Shown here one piece after another: positions 54,382 to 63,958 of a DNA stretch of 64,000 bases. Below the pieces are notes generated by a model. It saw only the letters and a list, made by a program, of their open reading frames with translations, ran no database searches and was not told the origin of the DNA. A program made the position numbers and the translations under genes. Each line of letters begins with the position of its first letter. The first letter of the stretch is position 1. Source of the DNA: a virus; IMG/VR virus record IMGVR_UViG_3300045241_000217, positions 45,171 through 109,170 of that record, one strand, 5' to 3'.

Positions 54382-55940
54382 AAGAGTCCTGTACCATCGT
54401 CATCGTCGATCTCCTCGACGCGCGTCGCACCATCGTCGTCCTCATCGTCGGTGCCGATCAGTTCGGCTTCCCAGTCGATGTCGCCGCCCTCGCCCGCCAT
54501 CTCCGCGTCGGCATCAGCGTCCTCGTCGCCGGATCCGAACGAGAAGCCACCCATCTTGCGAGCCTCGCTCGCAAACCACCAACCCATCACGGTGTCGTCG
54601 TGTTCGCCAGCGCCTTGGAGCTTGCCGTCGATGAACCCGAACGCCTGACACTCGGCCATCCAAATGTCGGTGAGGATGATGCTGAGTTGGTCGCCCCGCG
54701 GGATCACCACCTTCTCGTTCTCGAGCAGGATGCGAAGCGACGGGATGCCCTTGTCGAGCGCGTACTTGTTGCTCGCGCCGGTGAGGAACTCCTTCACGGG
54801 CACATCGGTCGTCCGCTTCATCTCGTCGGACCACACGCGCTGCGCCTGGTTCGACTCGATCAGGACGAGCTGGCAGTCGTAGTGCTTCGCCCAGCGCTCG
54901 ATCTCCGAGAGTTGCTTGTGGAACGGCATCCCCTTGTGGCGCCGGATGTCCACGAGGTGGTGGAAGCCGTGCGAGTCCACTCCGATCACGAACATCACGA
55001 AGAAGTCGGCCGCGACGCTCGCGCTCATGGCGATGTCCACGCCCATGTAGCAAGTCCACCCCGCTTCCTTGAGCACCGCGCGCGAGGGGCGAAGCTTCGC
55101 GAGCGCGTCGAAGCACGGCGGGAAGAGCGCGGCCGGGAAGATCGCGAGATCGTCCGAGATCGGCTGGAGCATAATCTCGCGCGAGAACGCGACGCTGCCG
55201 ATCTCCACCTTCTTCGCGAGGATGCTCTTGAGCGTGTGTCTCCACGGCCAGAGCGGACGGTCGTGGCCTCGAGCGTCCTTCACGATGCCGGGTGAGCGGC
55301 GCGCGGTGTAGGCCGGGTTCTTGGCGAGGTACGCCATGAGATCCGCCGCGTGCATCGGCGTGCCGACCGCGAACAACTGCCCGTCGGGCGGCAGCATGTT
55401 CGCGATCGCGCCGTTGAGGTACGCGATGCGCTTCGCTCGCACCGTCGGGGAGTAGAGGTCCTCCTCTGTCATCACGTCGTCGAGCACGATGTACTTCGGG
55501 TGACGGCCGCGGACGCGCTTGCCGTACCCCACGGCGCGGAAGCGCGAGCCGTTCGTGAGGCGCACGTCCTTTCGCGAGAGTCGCTCGCGCTTGTCCTTCT
55601 TCTTGCCGTCGTGGACGTGGCCGGGCACGAGGTGCGCGAGCTCCGGCGTGTTCACCAGCCCGGGGATCGAGTCCTTCCCGTAGATGATGATGTCGAGGAA
55701 CTCGCACGCTTCCTCGTGCGTCGCGCTGAACAGGTAGATCTCGTGACCTGGATCAGCCCACGCGCGGTGAATCGGATACGCGTAGCTCGCCATCCCGCTC
55801 TTGCCGTTGTCGCGCGCGGCGAGGACCGCGACACGACGCGAGGCGTTGAGCAGATCCGACCACTCCTCGTGATGAGGTCCCACGCGCAAGCGCAGGACCT
55901 CGGTCATGAAGAGCGAGAGGCAGACGCGGAGCGCCGCCAT
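54378..55940 (-). CDS. terL: Terminase large subunit
   Basis: Walker A AARDNGKS, RGRHP, Walker B IVLDD, motif C VGTP, nuclease GVDIA, IESN and HDDTVM. Confidence 0.95.
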   Translation of the reverse strand: MAALRVCLSLFMTEVLRLRVGPHHEEWSDLLNASRRVAVLAARDNGKSGMASYAYPIHRAWADPGHEIYLFSATHEEACEFLDIIIYGKDSIPGLVNTPELAHLVPGHVHDGKKKDKRERLSRKDVRLTNGSRFRAVGYGKRVRGRHPKYIVLDDVMTEEDLYSPTVRAKRIAYLNGAIANMLPPDGQLFAVGTPMHAADLMAYLAKNPAYTARRSPGIVKDARGHDRPLWPWRHTLKSILAKKVEIGSVAFSREIMLQPISDDLAIFPAALFPPCFDALAKLRPSRAVLKEAGWTCYMGVDIAMSASVAADFFVMFVIGVDSHGFHHLVDIRRHKGMPFHKQLSEIERWAKHYDCQLVLIESNQAQRVWSDEMKRTTDVPVKEFLTGASNKYALDKGIPSLRILLENEKVVIPRGDQLSIILTDIWMAECQAFGFIDGKLQGAGEHDDTVMGWWFASEARKMGGFSFGSGDEDADADAEMAGEGGDIDWEAELIGTDDEDDDGATRVEEIDDDDGTGLL

Positions 55941-56036
55941 GTGGCTGCGGGAAACGTTGCGCCCCGCGAGCGGCGTGTCGAGCGCGTTCGCTACCAGCGT
56001 CGCGCCTGAGTGCGCCTGCGCTCGCGGGGCGATGGG

Positions 56037-56438
56037 CTAGCTCGCGGAGTGACCGGTCTGGAACGTGAACTGACCGGCCTGACCGCCCTGCTTCACGCTC
56101 GCCTTGCGGCCCGCAGCGGTGATGAGCTGGTTCAGGCGCGTCACCATCGCGTTGATCGCCGCCTTGTTCGCATTCGCGAGGGTGGCGATGGTCGCGGTGT
56201 CCACCTGGTTGTAGGCGCCGCCGGGCGCCGTGGCTGCGGCTGCGACGACGAGCGGATCGGCGAGGGCCGCTCCCACGACGGTCGGAGCCGGCGGCCACAC
56301 GGCGAGATCGCACGTCCCGTCGGCGTTCACGCGCGTGATGAGGCCCGGCCACTGGCCTCCGCCCTGCGCGGTCGTCTCCGCGGCGGTCGGCGTGTAGAGA
56401 ACCTGGCGACCGCGATGGAAGCGAGCTCGATTCGGCAT
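56037..56438 (-). CDS. Hypothetical virion-type protein
   Basis: GAGGAG RBS; GR.V.Y...GLITRV...DLAV domain plus a short coiled coil. Confidence 0.6.
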   Translation of the reverse strand: MPNRARFHRGRQVLYTPTAAETTAQGGGQWPGLITRVNADGTCDLAVWPPAPTVVGAALADPLVVAAAATAPGGAYNQVDTATIATLANANKAAINAMVTRLNQLITAAGRKASVKQGGQAGQFTFQTGHSAS

Positions 56439-56528
56439 GTTGCGACTCCTCTGGTGGATTCGGCGGCTCGTGGGGGCCGACGCGTTGGAGTCCCGACTCT
56501 ACACGCCTCGCTCTCTCGACGCCAAGAG

Positions 56529-56723
56529 CTACGGCCCGAGCAGGCGATCGAGCGTGCGCAGCATGTCCATCCCCTCGGGCGTCGTGAGCGGGGTGGCTGT
56601 CGCGTTCGGCTTGTCGCGCAGCGTGCGCACGAGCGTGACCTTGCCGTCGTTGTGCACGTCGATCGTGTACGTGCGCTTCGCCTGCGGGACCTTGATCGTC
56701 TTCTCGTCGCTTCGCTGGTTCAC
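56529..56723 (-). CDS. Hypothetical protein
   Basis: Good codon usage. Confidence 0.45.
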   Translation of the reverse strand: MNQRSDEKTIKVPQAKRTYTIDVHNDGKVTLVRTLRDKPNATATPLTTPEGMDMLRTLDRLLGP

Positions 56724-56927
56724 GCTGCGGCCTTCGTCGGGATCGCGGTGGGCAAGAGGCAGACGCTCAGGCAGTGAGGACAGCGGACGACGAGGGGTGC
56801 GAGCGCGCGCAGGCGCTCCACGCGGAACTGCTCACGGCAGTACGCGCACGTCACTTCGTGCTTCTCGGTCGTCCGGGTGTCCATGGTTGGTCACGCGAGA
56901 GCGTTGTAGCGCGCGATCGACGATTCG

Positions 56928-57389
56928 TCACTCGCTTCGCTGCGCGCGGATGGTGAGGGACAACCCGTCCTTCGCGTACTCCATCTCGATGCCCTGCGAT
57001 GCGTCCTGCATCACGGCGTTCAGTTGCGCGACGTCGATCGTGACCTCGCCTCCCTCGCGCTCCTTGATGAGCTTGAGCATCAGAGCCGCCATCAGCCGCT
57101 CCTGCGTGGCTGCGTTCAGCGGCGGGCTCGACCCGTCCGCCTCGGGCCCGTAGTGGCCGAGCCACACCGCCTGGGCTCCGAGCATCGTGCGCAGCGAGGT
57201 CTGGAGGAGCGCGACGCTGCCGTCCTTCATGCGACCGACGATGGTGACCGAGGCGCGGCCGCCGACCATGCCCCGCGGTAGGGCCGAGAGGTGTGTGACC
57301 TCGCCCTCGCGAACCTTCTTTTCGTGCTGGAGCCACGTGAAGGCGCCTTCGCCATCGGCGAGCACCGTGACCGGACGCTTCTCGCTCAT
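56928..57389 (-). CDS. Hypothetical protein
   Basis: ATGA coupling; GGAG RBS. Confidence 0.6.
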   Translation of the reverse strand: MSEKRPVTVLADGEGAFTWLQHEKKVREGEVTHLSALPRGMVGGRASVTIVGRMKDGSVALLQTSLRTMLGAQAVWLGHYGPEADGSSPPLNAATQERLMAALMLKLIKEREGGEVTIDVAQLNAVMQDASQGIEMEYAKDGLSLTIRAQRSE

Positions 57390-57811
57390 CGCGGAGACTC
57401 CGGTGCGCTCGCCACGCCGTTCGTGAGACTCATCCGATCGTTCACGTGCTGCTCGTGCCGCTTCTGCGAGAGGTCCGACGCTGCTCGGTCTGCGTCGGTG
57501 AGTAGCAGGTTCACGAGCGCCACGTGCGCGCGCTCGGCCTGCACCTCAAGTTCGGTGGCCCGGTCGCGTGCGACGAGCGCATCGTGCCGCGTGTCCACCT
57601 GCCGAGCGCGCCACGCCTTGTTGTTGCGCTCGATGTCCTGTCGCAGGGAGAGCACCTCGCGGTCGCGCTCGGCCACGAGCCGTTGCAGTTCTCCGATGCG
57701 GATGATGTTGCGCTCTACCTGATCGATCAGGTTGCCGCGAGCCACGCTGTGTTCTCTGACGATGTCCTTCAACGCGGCTTCGTCCGCGTGGCGCCGCTTC
57801 CTCTTCGCCAT
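57386..57811 (-). CDS. Hypothetical coiled-coil protein
   Basis: GAGG RBS. Confidence 0.55.
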   Translation of the reverse strand: MAKRKRRHADEAALKDIVREHSVARGNLIDQVERNIIRIGELQRLVAERDREVLSLRQDIERNNKAWRARQVDTRHDALVARDRATELEVQAERAHVALVNLLLTDADRAASDLSQKRHEQHVNDRMSLTNGVASAPESPR

Positions 57812-57813
57812 GG

Positions 57814-58110
57814 CTACGTCCTCACCGGCCAGTGCCAGACCATCGTGTCCCCCGGCAGGGGCTCGGGGCGCCCCTCGTCGCACAGATCCTTGTGCGGGTA
57901 GCGTCCCCACTGGTCGCACACGAGCGCGAGGATGGTGAGGTCCTCCTCGCGCTCGACGCCCACGACCTTCACGGGCATGGCGCTCACCATCACGATGGTC
58001 TCGTTCGTGGCGGGGAGCATGAACGGCTGGCCGTCCTTGCGGGTGACGATCACGTCGCGGCAGATCGTGGGACGCGGGATCGCCGCGCGCATGTCGCTCC
58101 CCGTGCTCAC
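57814..58110 (-). CDS. Hypothetical protein
   Basis: RPTI.R.V...WHWP.R ends; GTGA coupling. Confidence 0.55.
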   Translation of the reverse strand: MSTGSDMRAAIPRPTICRDVIVTRKDGQPFMLPATNETIVMVSAMPVKVVGVEREEDLTILALVCDQWGRYPHKDLCDEGRPEPLPGDTMVWHWPVRT

Positions 58111-58661
58111 GCCCTGGGCTCCCCGATCACCACCTCGCGCTCGTCCTGATCGCCGACCTTGATCCGCACGAGCGGCGTCGGGGCCAGGCGCGTGTCGGTC
58201 GCTTGGATGTTGCCGTCCACGCGCACGATGTTCGCCCGGAACGCGGCTCGAACGCTCTGGTCGGTGCGCACGAAGCCACCGGCCACGAGTAGCTCGCTCA
58301 GGAGCACGCCCTCCGGCTCGTTGGCGCGGATGCGCAGGCGTCCGTCGCTGGGCGGTGCGGCGGGGGCGACGTGGTCCTCGCTCGTGGTCCCGTCGAACAC
58401 GGTGAGCGCCGTCCCGCGCAACGCGTCGGGGTCGAGCTGCTGGAGCTCCGCGTACGCCGCGAGGAGCGCTCGCACCGCGGGCTGCGCTGCGGCGTGGAAC
58501 TGGTAGCGGGCGGCGATGCCGATGATGGTCGTGGTGTCGGCGCGGAGCACGCCCCGCATCTCCACCCCGATCATGGCAGCGATGGCTTGCTGCTCGGTGT
58601 TGTTCGGCTCGGCCTCGTCGATCGCGCCCTCGACCTTGGTGGGCTTCTTCGCTTCGCTCAT
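58107..58661 (-). CDS. Protein with C-terminal S4-like RNA-binding domain
   Basis: LSELLV..GFV.T...VR......VRVDG...LVRIKVG, resembling the TyrRS C-terminal S4 domain. Confidence 0.6.
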   Translation of the reverse strand: MSEAKKPTKVEGAIDEAEPNNTEQQAIAAMIGVEMRGVLRADTTTIIGIAARYQFHAAAQPAVRALLAAYAELQQLDPDALRGTALTVFDGTTSEDHVAPAAPPSDGRLRIRANEPEGVLLSELLVAGGFVRTDQSVRAAFRANIVRVDGNIQATDTRLAPTPLVRIKVGDQDEREVVIGEPRA

Positions 58662-58710
58662 GTCCTCGTCTCTCTTCCTGCGCGCTCTCGCACGCGTTCA
58701 TCGTCGTCTA

Positions 58711-58986
58711 TCACGTCTTCGGCTTCGCGGCTTCGTGTGCTGCTCGACGTTCCTTCTGCCGCTCGATCGCGGCCTTCATGACGGGGAGCTTCCGCATGAG
58801 GCCCCCGAGAGCCTTGCTCGAGCGCATCGCGCGCACGTCGCCTCCGGCCAGGAGCTTGGTGAGCACCTCGCTCAGCGCGCCGATCTCCTCTTCGGAGAAC
58901 GAGGCGCTGGCTGCGACGCGGATGTTCTTGAGCTTCGTGCTCGCGGCACTCGCCACGAACGCGTCAGTGGAGCGTGCGCGCGGCAT
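58711..58986 (-). CDS. Hypothetical protein
   Basis: GGAG RBS; helical. Confidence 0.5.
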   Translation of the reverse strand: MPRARSTDAFVASAASTKLKNIRVAASASFSEEEIGALSEVLTKLLAGGDVRAMRSSKALGGLMRKLPVMKAAIERQKERRAAHEAAKPKT

Positions 58987-59329
58987 CGGGCTTCGTCTCC
59001 ACGGTGGCGGTCCACCTGCCTGGCATGGCCTTGTCGATCATGTCGAAGAAGACCTGCGACTGGAACTCGCCGTCGCGGATCATCGGCTCGCCCGCGAAGG
59101 CCATGCACGCCTGCGCGAGACACTCGTGACACGAGTGCTCGATGAGGTACGCGGCAAAGACTTCGATCGTGATCAGCACCTCGGCGTTCATCACGAGCGC
59201 CATGAGGCCGCCCGCCTTTGCTCGCGCGACGATCGACTCGCTCACTGCCTTCACGCACCGCCCGTGCTCATCCTCAACGAGCCGCCTCAGCACCTCGGGC
59301 GGGATCGCTCCGTGTTCAGACTCGGGCAT
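58964..59329 (-). CDS. Hypothetical protein
   Basis: AAGGAG RBS. Confidence 0.55.
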   Translation of the reverse strand: MPESEHGAIPPEVLRRLVEDEHGRCVKAVSESIVARAKAGGLMALVMNAEVLITIEVFAAYLIEHSCHECLAQACMAFAGEPMIRDGEFQSQVFFDMIDKAMPGRWTATVETKPDAARTLH

Positions 59330-59558
59330 CGGCTGTCTCCTTCTGCTCGACGTACTCGTACACGGGCGCTGGGCCCTCTTTGCGGACCACGCGCGCCCAA
59401 CCCTCGGTGACGCCCTGAGCGAGCCAGCGGCAGACGCTCGTGGGCTTCGCGCCCAGTCCTCGAGCGAGTGTGGTGCCCGTCGTGCTGCGCTGACGTCGCA
59501 AGGCTGCTCGCACGCGCTGCGAGAGCGGGTCCTGGATCTGGATGCCGGCGCGGCTCAC
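59316..59558 (-). CDS. Small winged-HTH protein
   Basis: T...LAR.LG....SV.RWL.....GW..V pattern. Confidence 0.5.
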   Translation of the reverse strand: MSRAGIQIQDPLSQRVRAALRRQRSTTGTTLARGLGAKPTSVCRWLAQGVTEGWARVVRKEGPAPVYEYVEQKETADARV

Positions 59559-60289
59559 AGCGGTGGTCTCCCAGCGCCGTCGCGGAGGTGCATCGTGAAC
59601 GCGACCTGCGCGCGCGTGCGTGCCGCATCGAACTCGTAGAACTGGTGCGCCCACCCGATGAAGTCACTGCGACCCAAGCGCGCGAGCGCGTCCTGCGCCG
59701 CCTTGATCGGAGACTCGAACACGCGGACGAACGTGTCGTCGCCGACCGGGATGTCCGTCTGCTCGTACTCGTACTGGTGGCGAATCCACGGTCCACCGAA
59801 CATCCGCCATCCGTTGGCCGGTGCCGTGCGGCGCATCGTGGAGAAGTCGATCGGCTGGCGCTCGCACCACGCGTCGTACTCCGCGTCCCACGCAACGCAT
59901 GTCGTCAGGTACGCGCGCGTGATCTCGTCGAGGTCGTTGCGCTCAAGGACCCTTGCCGTCGGAGTGCCGTTCGCGTCCTCGTGGAGCTCGAACCACACAC
60001 GTACGCCTTCGCTCGGCTCCGGCCTCTTCGGCTCGGGGTCATCGCGATGCCCGCGACGCTTCTCGTACAGATCGAGGCACACGTCGTCGCAGACGACTGC
60101 GGCGTTGGGCGCGATGCGCGTCCCGCGGCATCCCAGATCGCAGAACGAGCAGGCCACGACCTTGATGCCGTCAGCGTCGTCTCCGAGCCGTCCGTACGCG
60201 CGTTTGCCGATCGTCAGTGGCCCGCCGTGCTTGAGCGCGCGGATGGCCATGTGGTCCTCGGCGGTGAGCATGTGGCCCTTGAAACTCAT
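59555..60289 (-). CDS. Hypothetical protein with ClpX-type zinc ribbon
   Basis: CSFC...I......VCDDVC..L. Confidence 0.55.
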   Translation of the reverse strand: MSFKGHMLTAEDHMAIRALKHGGPLTIGKRAYGRLGDDADGIKVVACSFCDLGCRGTRIAPNAAVVCDDVCLDLYEKRRGHRDDPEPKRPEPSEGVRVWFELHEDANGTPTARVLERNDLDEITRAYLTTCVAWDAEYDAWCERQPIDFSTMRRTAPANGWRMFGGPWIRHQYEYEQTDIPVGDDTFVRVFESPIKAAQDALARLGRSDFIGWAHQFYEFDAARTRAQVAFTMHLRDGAGRPPL

Positions 60290-60648
60290 CGGCCGATCCT
60301 CGTGCCATTCGTCACCGCAAGGCGGCAGTCGTCCTGGTGGAGGATCCCGCACTCGCCGGGCCCCGCGTACGGAGTGCCCTGCGCGTTCGCGAGCTGGCCA
60401 TCGGCGAGCACGAGACGCATCCGGCTCGGGTCGTACATCACGAGCTCGCCCTTCTCGATGTCCTGCACGTCGAGCCCGACGGCGAGCACGGTGCCCACGT
60501 TCGCTCGCCCGTTCGCGTTGTCGGGGATGAGGATCCCGCCGGCCGTGCGCTTCTCGCGCTCTGCGGGGAGCACCTGGATGAGTACGAGGTTGCGGGTGGG
60601 GCGCACGCGGCCTGCAACGGCTGCGTCGTGGAGCTTCTTCATCGTCAT
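60286..60648 (-). CDS. groES: Co-chaperonin GroES-like protein
   Basis: VRP..N.VLI...E.RTAGGILIPD.A......GTVLAVG....I..G..V.Y. Confidence 0.85.
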   Translation of the reverse strand: MTMKKLHDAAVAGRVRPTRNLVLIQVLPAEREKRTAGGILIPDNANGRANVGTVLAVGLDVQDIEKGELVMYDPSRMRLVLADGQLANAQGTPYAGPGECGILHQDDCRLAVTNGTRIGR

Positions 60649-61052
60649 CGGCTTCTTCTCGTCTCGTGTGGTGGTTGATAGATGACTCTGCCGCCGCTTC
60701 CGATGTGACCTGGGTACGGCGCTTCGCCGCGCGACTCGACGGGGCGTAGCCGTTGCGAGTAGTCGGCTGGGATGAGGTGGCCGTGTGCAGCGAGCACGCG
60801 CACCTGCTCGTCGAACCGCATGCGCGACACCTCGCGTTTGGGGGCCTGCGTGCCTTCACCGTTCAGGCGGAGGCAGTACTTCTCTTCGATGATGTCGTGG
60901 ATGCGTCGAGCTTGCTGGATGCTGCGCTCACGGTTCCACGGCGCGACGATCCAGCAGTCCGGTTCATACGGTGACCATCCGCCGTGGAGCGTCCGGTCGA
61001 AGCGCTCCGTCCGCACGTGGTACTCGAGGAGCGCGAGGAAGAGCGGGGTCAC
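60645..61052 (-). CDS. Hypothetical protein
   Basis: GTGA/ATGA coupling. Confidence 0.5.
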   Translation of the reverse strand: MTPLFLALLEYHVRTERFDRTLHGGWSPYEPDCWIVAPWNRERSIQQARRIHDIIEEKYCLRLNGEGTQAPKREVSRMRFDEQVRVLAAHGHLIPADYSQRLRPVESRGEAPYPGHIGSGGRVIYQPPHETRRSR

Positions 61053-61357
61053 GATGGCGTGTGCGCGCTCTCCAGCGCGTCGCAGTTCGCACACAGCGTC
61101 CCGTCGATCCCTCCGCCGGTCGCGAACTCCGAGCACGGGAGCGTCGGCGCCTCGGTGGGGCGTAGCCACTCGGACATCGCCCAAAGGCAGCGCTTGCACA
61201 GATCGCGGCGGAGCGCGTCTGCGCATCCGACCCCTCTGCCTTCTTGGCCGATGCCCACCTCGCCCCATCCAACAGGGCGCGCTACCGAATCGCTGACCTC
61301 GCTGACTCGGCAGCGATCGCAGGTGTGCGTGTGGACGGTTTTGCTCGCAGTGCTCAC
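61049..61357 (-). CDS. Cys-rich hypothetical protein
   Basis: TCDRC...P.GW...DLC..C motif. Confidence 0.55.
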   Translation of the reverse strand: MSTASKTVHTHTCDRCRVSEVSDSVARPVGWGEVGIGQEGRGVGCADALRRDLCKRCLWAMSEWLRPTEAPTLPCSEFATGGGIDGTLCANCDALESAHTPS

Positions 61358-61737
61358 GGTGCGAAGCCCTCGGGATCGTCGGCGCCGATGACGGGTGCCG
61401 CGTGCTGTCCCGCGTTCTCGGGCAGAAGCGGGAGCGTGGTCTGTCGGTCCTCGCCCGTCAGCTCCACGAGACGGCGCTGCGCTTCGTCCAGATCATGGAG
61501 TGCTTGCAGGAGGTCTGGCCGCGCCTTCCTCGCGTCTCCCGTCGCCATGAACCGAGCTTCGCGGATCACCTCGTCGCGTCTGCGCTCGATCGCCTTGCGC
61601 TGGAGTCGCACGGCTTGCGTCTTCTGTTCTTCGTCCACTCGCTCTCCCGTTCCTGTCGGCTCCGATGCCGACCCGTCGAGTGATAGCCGCTGCGCTCGAT
61701 CGCGCAAGCGCGTCAGCCTCGGATGAGTCCCTGCCAT
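61354..61737 (-). CDS. Hypothetical protein
   Basis: Co-directional and coupled to neighbours. Confidence 0.5.
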   Translation of the reverse strand: MAGTHPRLTRLRDRAQRLSLDGSASEPTGTGERVDEEQKTQAVRLQRKAIERRRDEVIREARFMATGDARKARPDLLQALHDLDEAQRRLVELTGEDRQTTLPLLPENAGQHAAPVIGADDPEGFAP

Positions 61738-62462
61738 CGCGAGAGCGCCTTGCGAACGGTCACCACATCCACGACGTCTGACGAAGGCCATGCGTCGAGG
61801 GCCTCTCCCATCTCTCGGCACACCTGCACGATCCCCGATCGCTCGTCGTACCCGTCGGCTGGGGTGGGCGTCGTCCAGGTTGCAGCCGCGGTCTCGACGA
61901 CGGGCTTGGCCTCGATGGGTGCCTTGCGCTTCGGCTTGGCGATGAGTTTGGCGACGGCCTTGTCTGGTGAGCGCTTCGCCGCTCGAGCTTCACCGATCGT
62001 GGTTGCAAACTTCTTCGCAGGTACGGCCGCCTTGGCCCTCGACTTCTCTTCAGCTCGGCGCTCGTTCCGGGAGCGCTTTGCGCCTTCCGATATTTGGTCA
62101 CCGGTGACCGATTTCTTCGGGCGCCCAGCCGTGACGATACGTTCACCAGCCCGAAGCTCGCCTACGCGCCGGTCGGCGTGCTGCCACAACGCCTGGGCGT
62201 GGTGCTCCGCGTCCTTGCTGCCCTTCATCTCGCGCTCGTACACGGCGAGCATCTCGGCTGTGGTGCGCCACTTCTTCGCCTCGTCCACCTGCACGCATCC
62301 GGCGAGGATCTCCACGGCGCGATCGATCGAGAGTGTGGCGAGGGCTGCGAGAGGCGAAGGCGAGGCGAGCGTTGCCGTTGCGCTGTAGCCGCGCCCACGT
62401 GGCACGAAGGCTGTGGCGTGACGCTCGGCTGCGCTTCGTGGCCTTGGGACGATCTTGCTCAT
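61713..62462 (-). CDS. Hypothetical protein
   Basis: LA....VDEAK..R..AE....Y...A.RRVGEL helical domain often seen at the N-terminus of phage proteins; GGAG RBS. Confidence 0.55.
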   Translation of the reverse strand: MSKIVPRPRSAAERHATAFVPRGRGYSATATLASPSPLAALATLSIDRAVEILAGCVQVDEAKKWRTTAEMLAVYEREMKGSKDAEHHAQALWQHADRRVGELRAGERIVTAGRPKKSVTGDQISEGAKRSRNERRAEEKSRAKAAVPAKKFATTIGEARAAKRSPDKAVAKLIAKPKRKAPIEAKPVVETAAATWTTPTPADGYDERSGIVQVCREMGEALDAWPSSDVVDVVTVRKALSRWQGLIRG

Positions 62463-62564
62463 GATGCTCCGCTCCACCGAATCGATCCTCGCGCCGCTTG
62501 TCCCCGGACTTTCGTCTTAGGTGCGCGAGGATCGATTCCGAGAAGGGAACGGGAACAAGCGAGA

Positions 62565-63131
62565 TCAGCCTAGCACGCTCGCCTGCTGCTCAAGCGCGAG
62601 CCTCCATGACTCGATCGCCTGAGCGAGGCCGGCTCCGGTCCGCGCGCTCACGGGGAACGTCTGGGAGCACTCGAACCGCGCGCTTCGGTTCTCGCCCAAG
62701 CGGTACGTGAAGCCCAGCCGCAGGTACTGCCGACCGGGCGGGAGGCGCTCCGTGGCCTGCTCGCTCGTCGCACGCTCGAGCACGTCCCAGCCGATGAGGC
62801 GCCGCGCGCTGCCTCGGTGGTTGGCGTAGAAGCGGCGCACGAGCGCCAGCACGGCGGTGCGCACCTCGAGCGAGCTCCACGCGTCGGTCATCGCGCGCGC
62901 CCACGGTAGGCCGGCGATGTCCGGGGCGCCTGCGTAGTCAGCGGGTGCCGGGCCCAGGCCGTCGGGATGCAGCTCGCCGCCCTTGGCTCCGCCACGCTCC
63001 TTGCCGCCGAAGGGCATGCGGAGCGTCGAGGGCTCGCGCACCTGCACCGTCGCGCCCTGGTCGTCGGGGCCGGGGTTCGTGCTCAGGGGCCAGGTCTGAG
63101 CGGGGTCCACGTTGCGCGTGGGGTCGGTCAC
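62565..63131 (-). CDS. Hypothetical protein
   Basis: GTGA coupling. Confidence 0.5.
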   Translation of the reverse strand: MTDPTRNVDPAQTWPLSTNPGPDDQGATVQVREPSTLRMPFGGKERGGAKGGELHPDGLGPAPADYAGAPDIAGLPWARAMTDAWSSLEVRTAVLALVRRFYANHRGSARRLIGWDVLERATSEQATERLPPGRQYLRLGFTYRLGENRSARFECSQTFPVSARTGAGLAQAIESWRLALEQQASVLG

Positions 63132-63343
63132 GGTCGCACGTGCGCCTCGACCGCTCGGAACGCGGCCTCGGTCATGTAGTCCTCGCCCGTGACGCGACCG
63201 TAGCTCGCGAGCACCGACGGGCTCCCCATGGCGTCGCGCTCGATCTCGCCACGCGCAGTGAGCTTCACGCGCACGATCGCTCCGTTGGGCCACATGACGA
63301 GACCGGGAACGCTCGTGCTCTGGAGTCGCGGCTTCGTGCTCAC
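63128..63343 (-). CDS. Hypothetical protein
   Basis: TAGACT 6 nt upstream of GTG (leaderless pattern). Confidence 0.5.
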   Translation of the reverse strand: MSTKPRLQSTSVPGLVMWPNGAIVRVKLTARGEIERDAMGSPSVLASYGRVTGEDYMTEAAFRAVEAHVRP

Positions 63344-63352
63344 GTTCGGAGT

Positions 63353-63958
63353 CTACGGCTTCGCCAGGTCGGCGGGCCACGCGTCTGTGAAGTCCTCGGT
63401 CCACACGAGCGTCGGGACCGGGCGCTGATCGGCGCTGAACGCGTTCCGCGGGATGGAGTCGTGCTTCCATGTACCCGACCACACCGGGATCCCGTCGAGC
63501 AACACGACGTCGGTCGGCATGCCCGATGCGCCCATCGTCTGGTGCTCGCGGGTGACGCGCGAGAACGAGCGTGCGACCCGTTCGAGAGCCACGTGCTTCG
63601 TGAGCGCGTAGAGCACGGCTTCGAGACGGTGGGTTGCCGTGTCGGAAGCGTGGGCCGCCGCGGCGTTGAACTGCTGCTCTAGGTCCGCCGCGGTCTCCGC
63701 GTTGAGCATGAGCGGCATCGGCTGGTGCACGCACTTGTTGCCAGCGAGCATCATCTCGTCGGATGCGAACGTCGCGATGGTGGGCGCGCCGCTGGGCTTG
63801 ACGCGGTACCAGCGCATCACCGCGCAGTCGTTCGCGTGGCGCTCGTCCTCGGGCCGGAACGCTTGGCGCGCGTTGCACGTGCACAGCGGTGGGTTCCCGT
63901 CCTTGCCGTCGCAGGGCACGTCTCGCGCTCCTCGGTGGTCTACCTCGGTGACCATCAT
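63353..63958 (-). CDS. Hypothetical protein
   Basis: Good codon usage; C.C...H...C motif. Confidence 0.5.
   Translation of the reverse strand: MMVTEVDHRGARDVPCDGKDGNPPLCTCNARQAFRPEDERHANDCAVMRWYRVKPSGAPTIATFASDEMMLAGNKCVHQPMPLMLNAETAADLEQQFNAAAAHASDTATHRLEAVLYALTKHVALERVARSFSRVTREHQTMGASGMPTDVVLLDGIPVWSGTWKHDSIPRNAFSADQRPVPTLVWTEDFTDAWPADLAKP

Noticed and set aside
54378-55940. Intein or intron in terL, portal or capsid
   Set aside because: Motifs are contiguous, lengths are ordinary and no splice motifs were seen.
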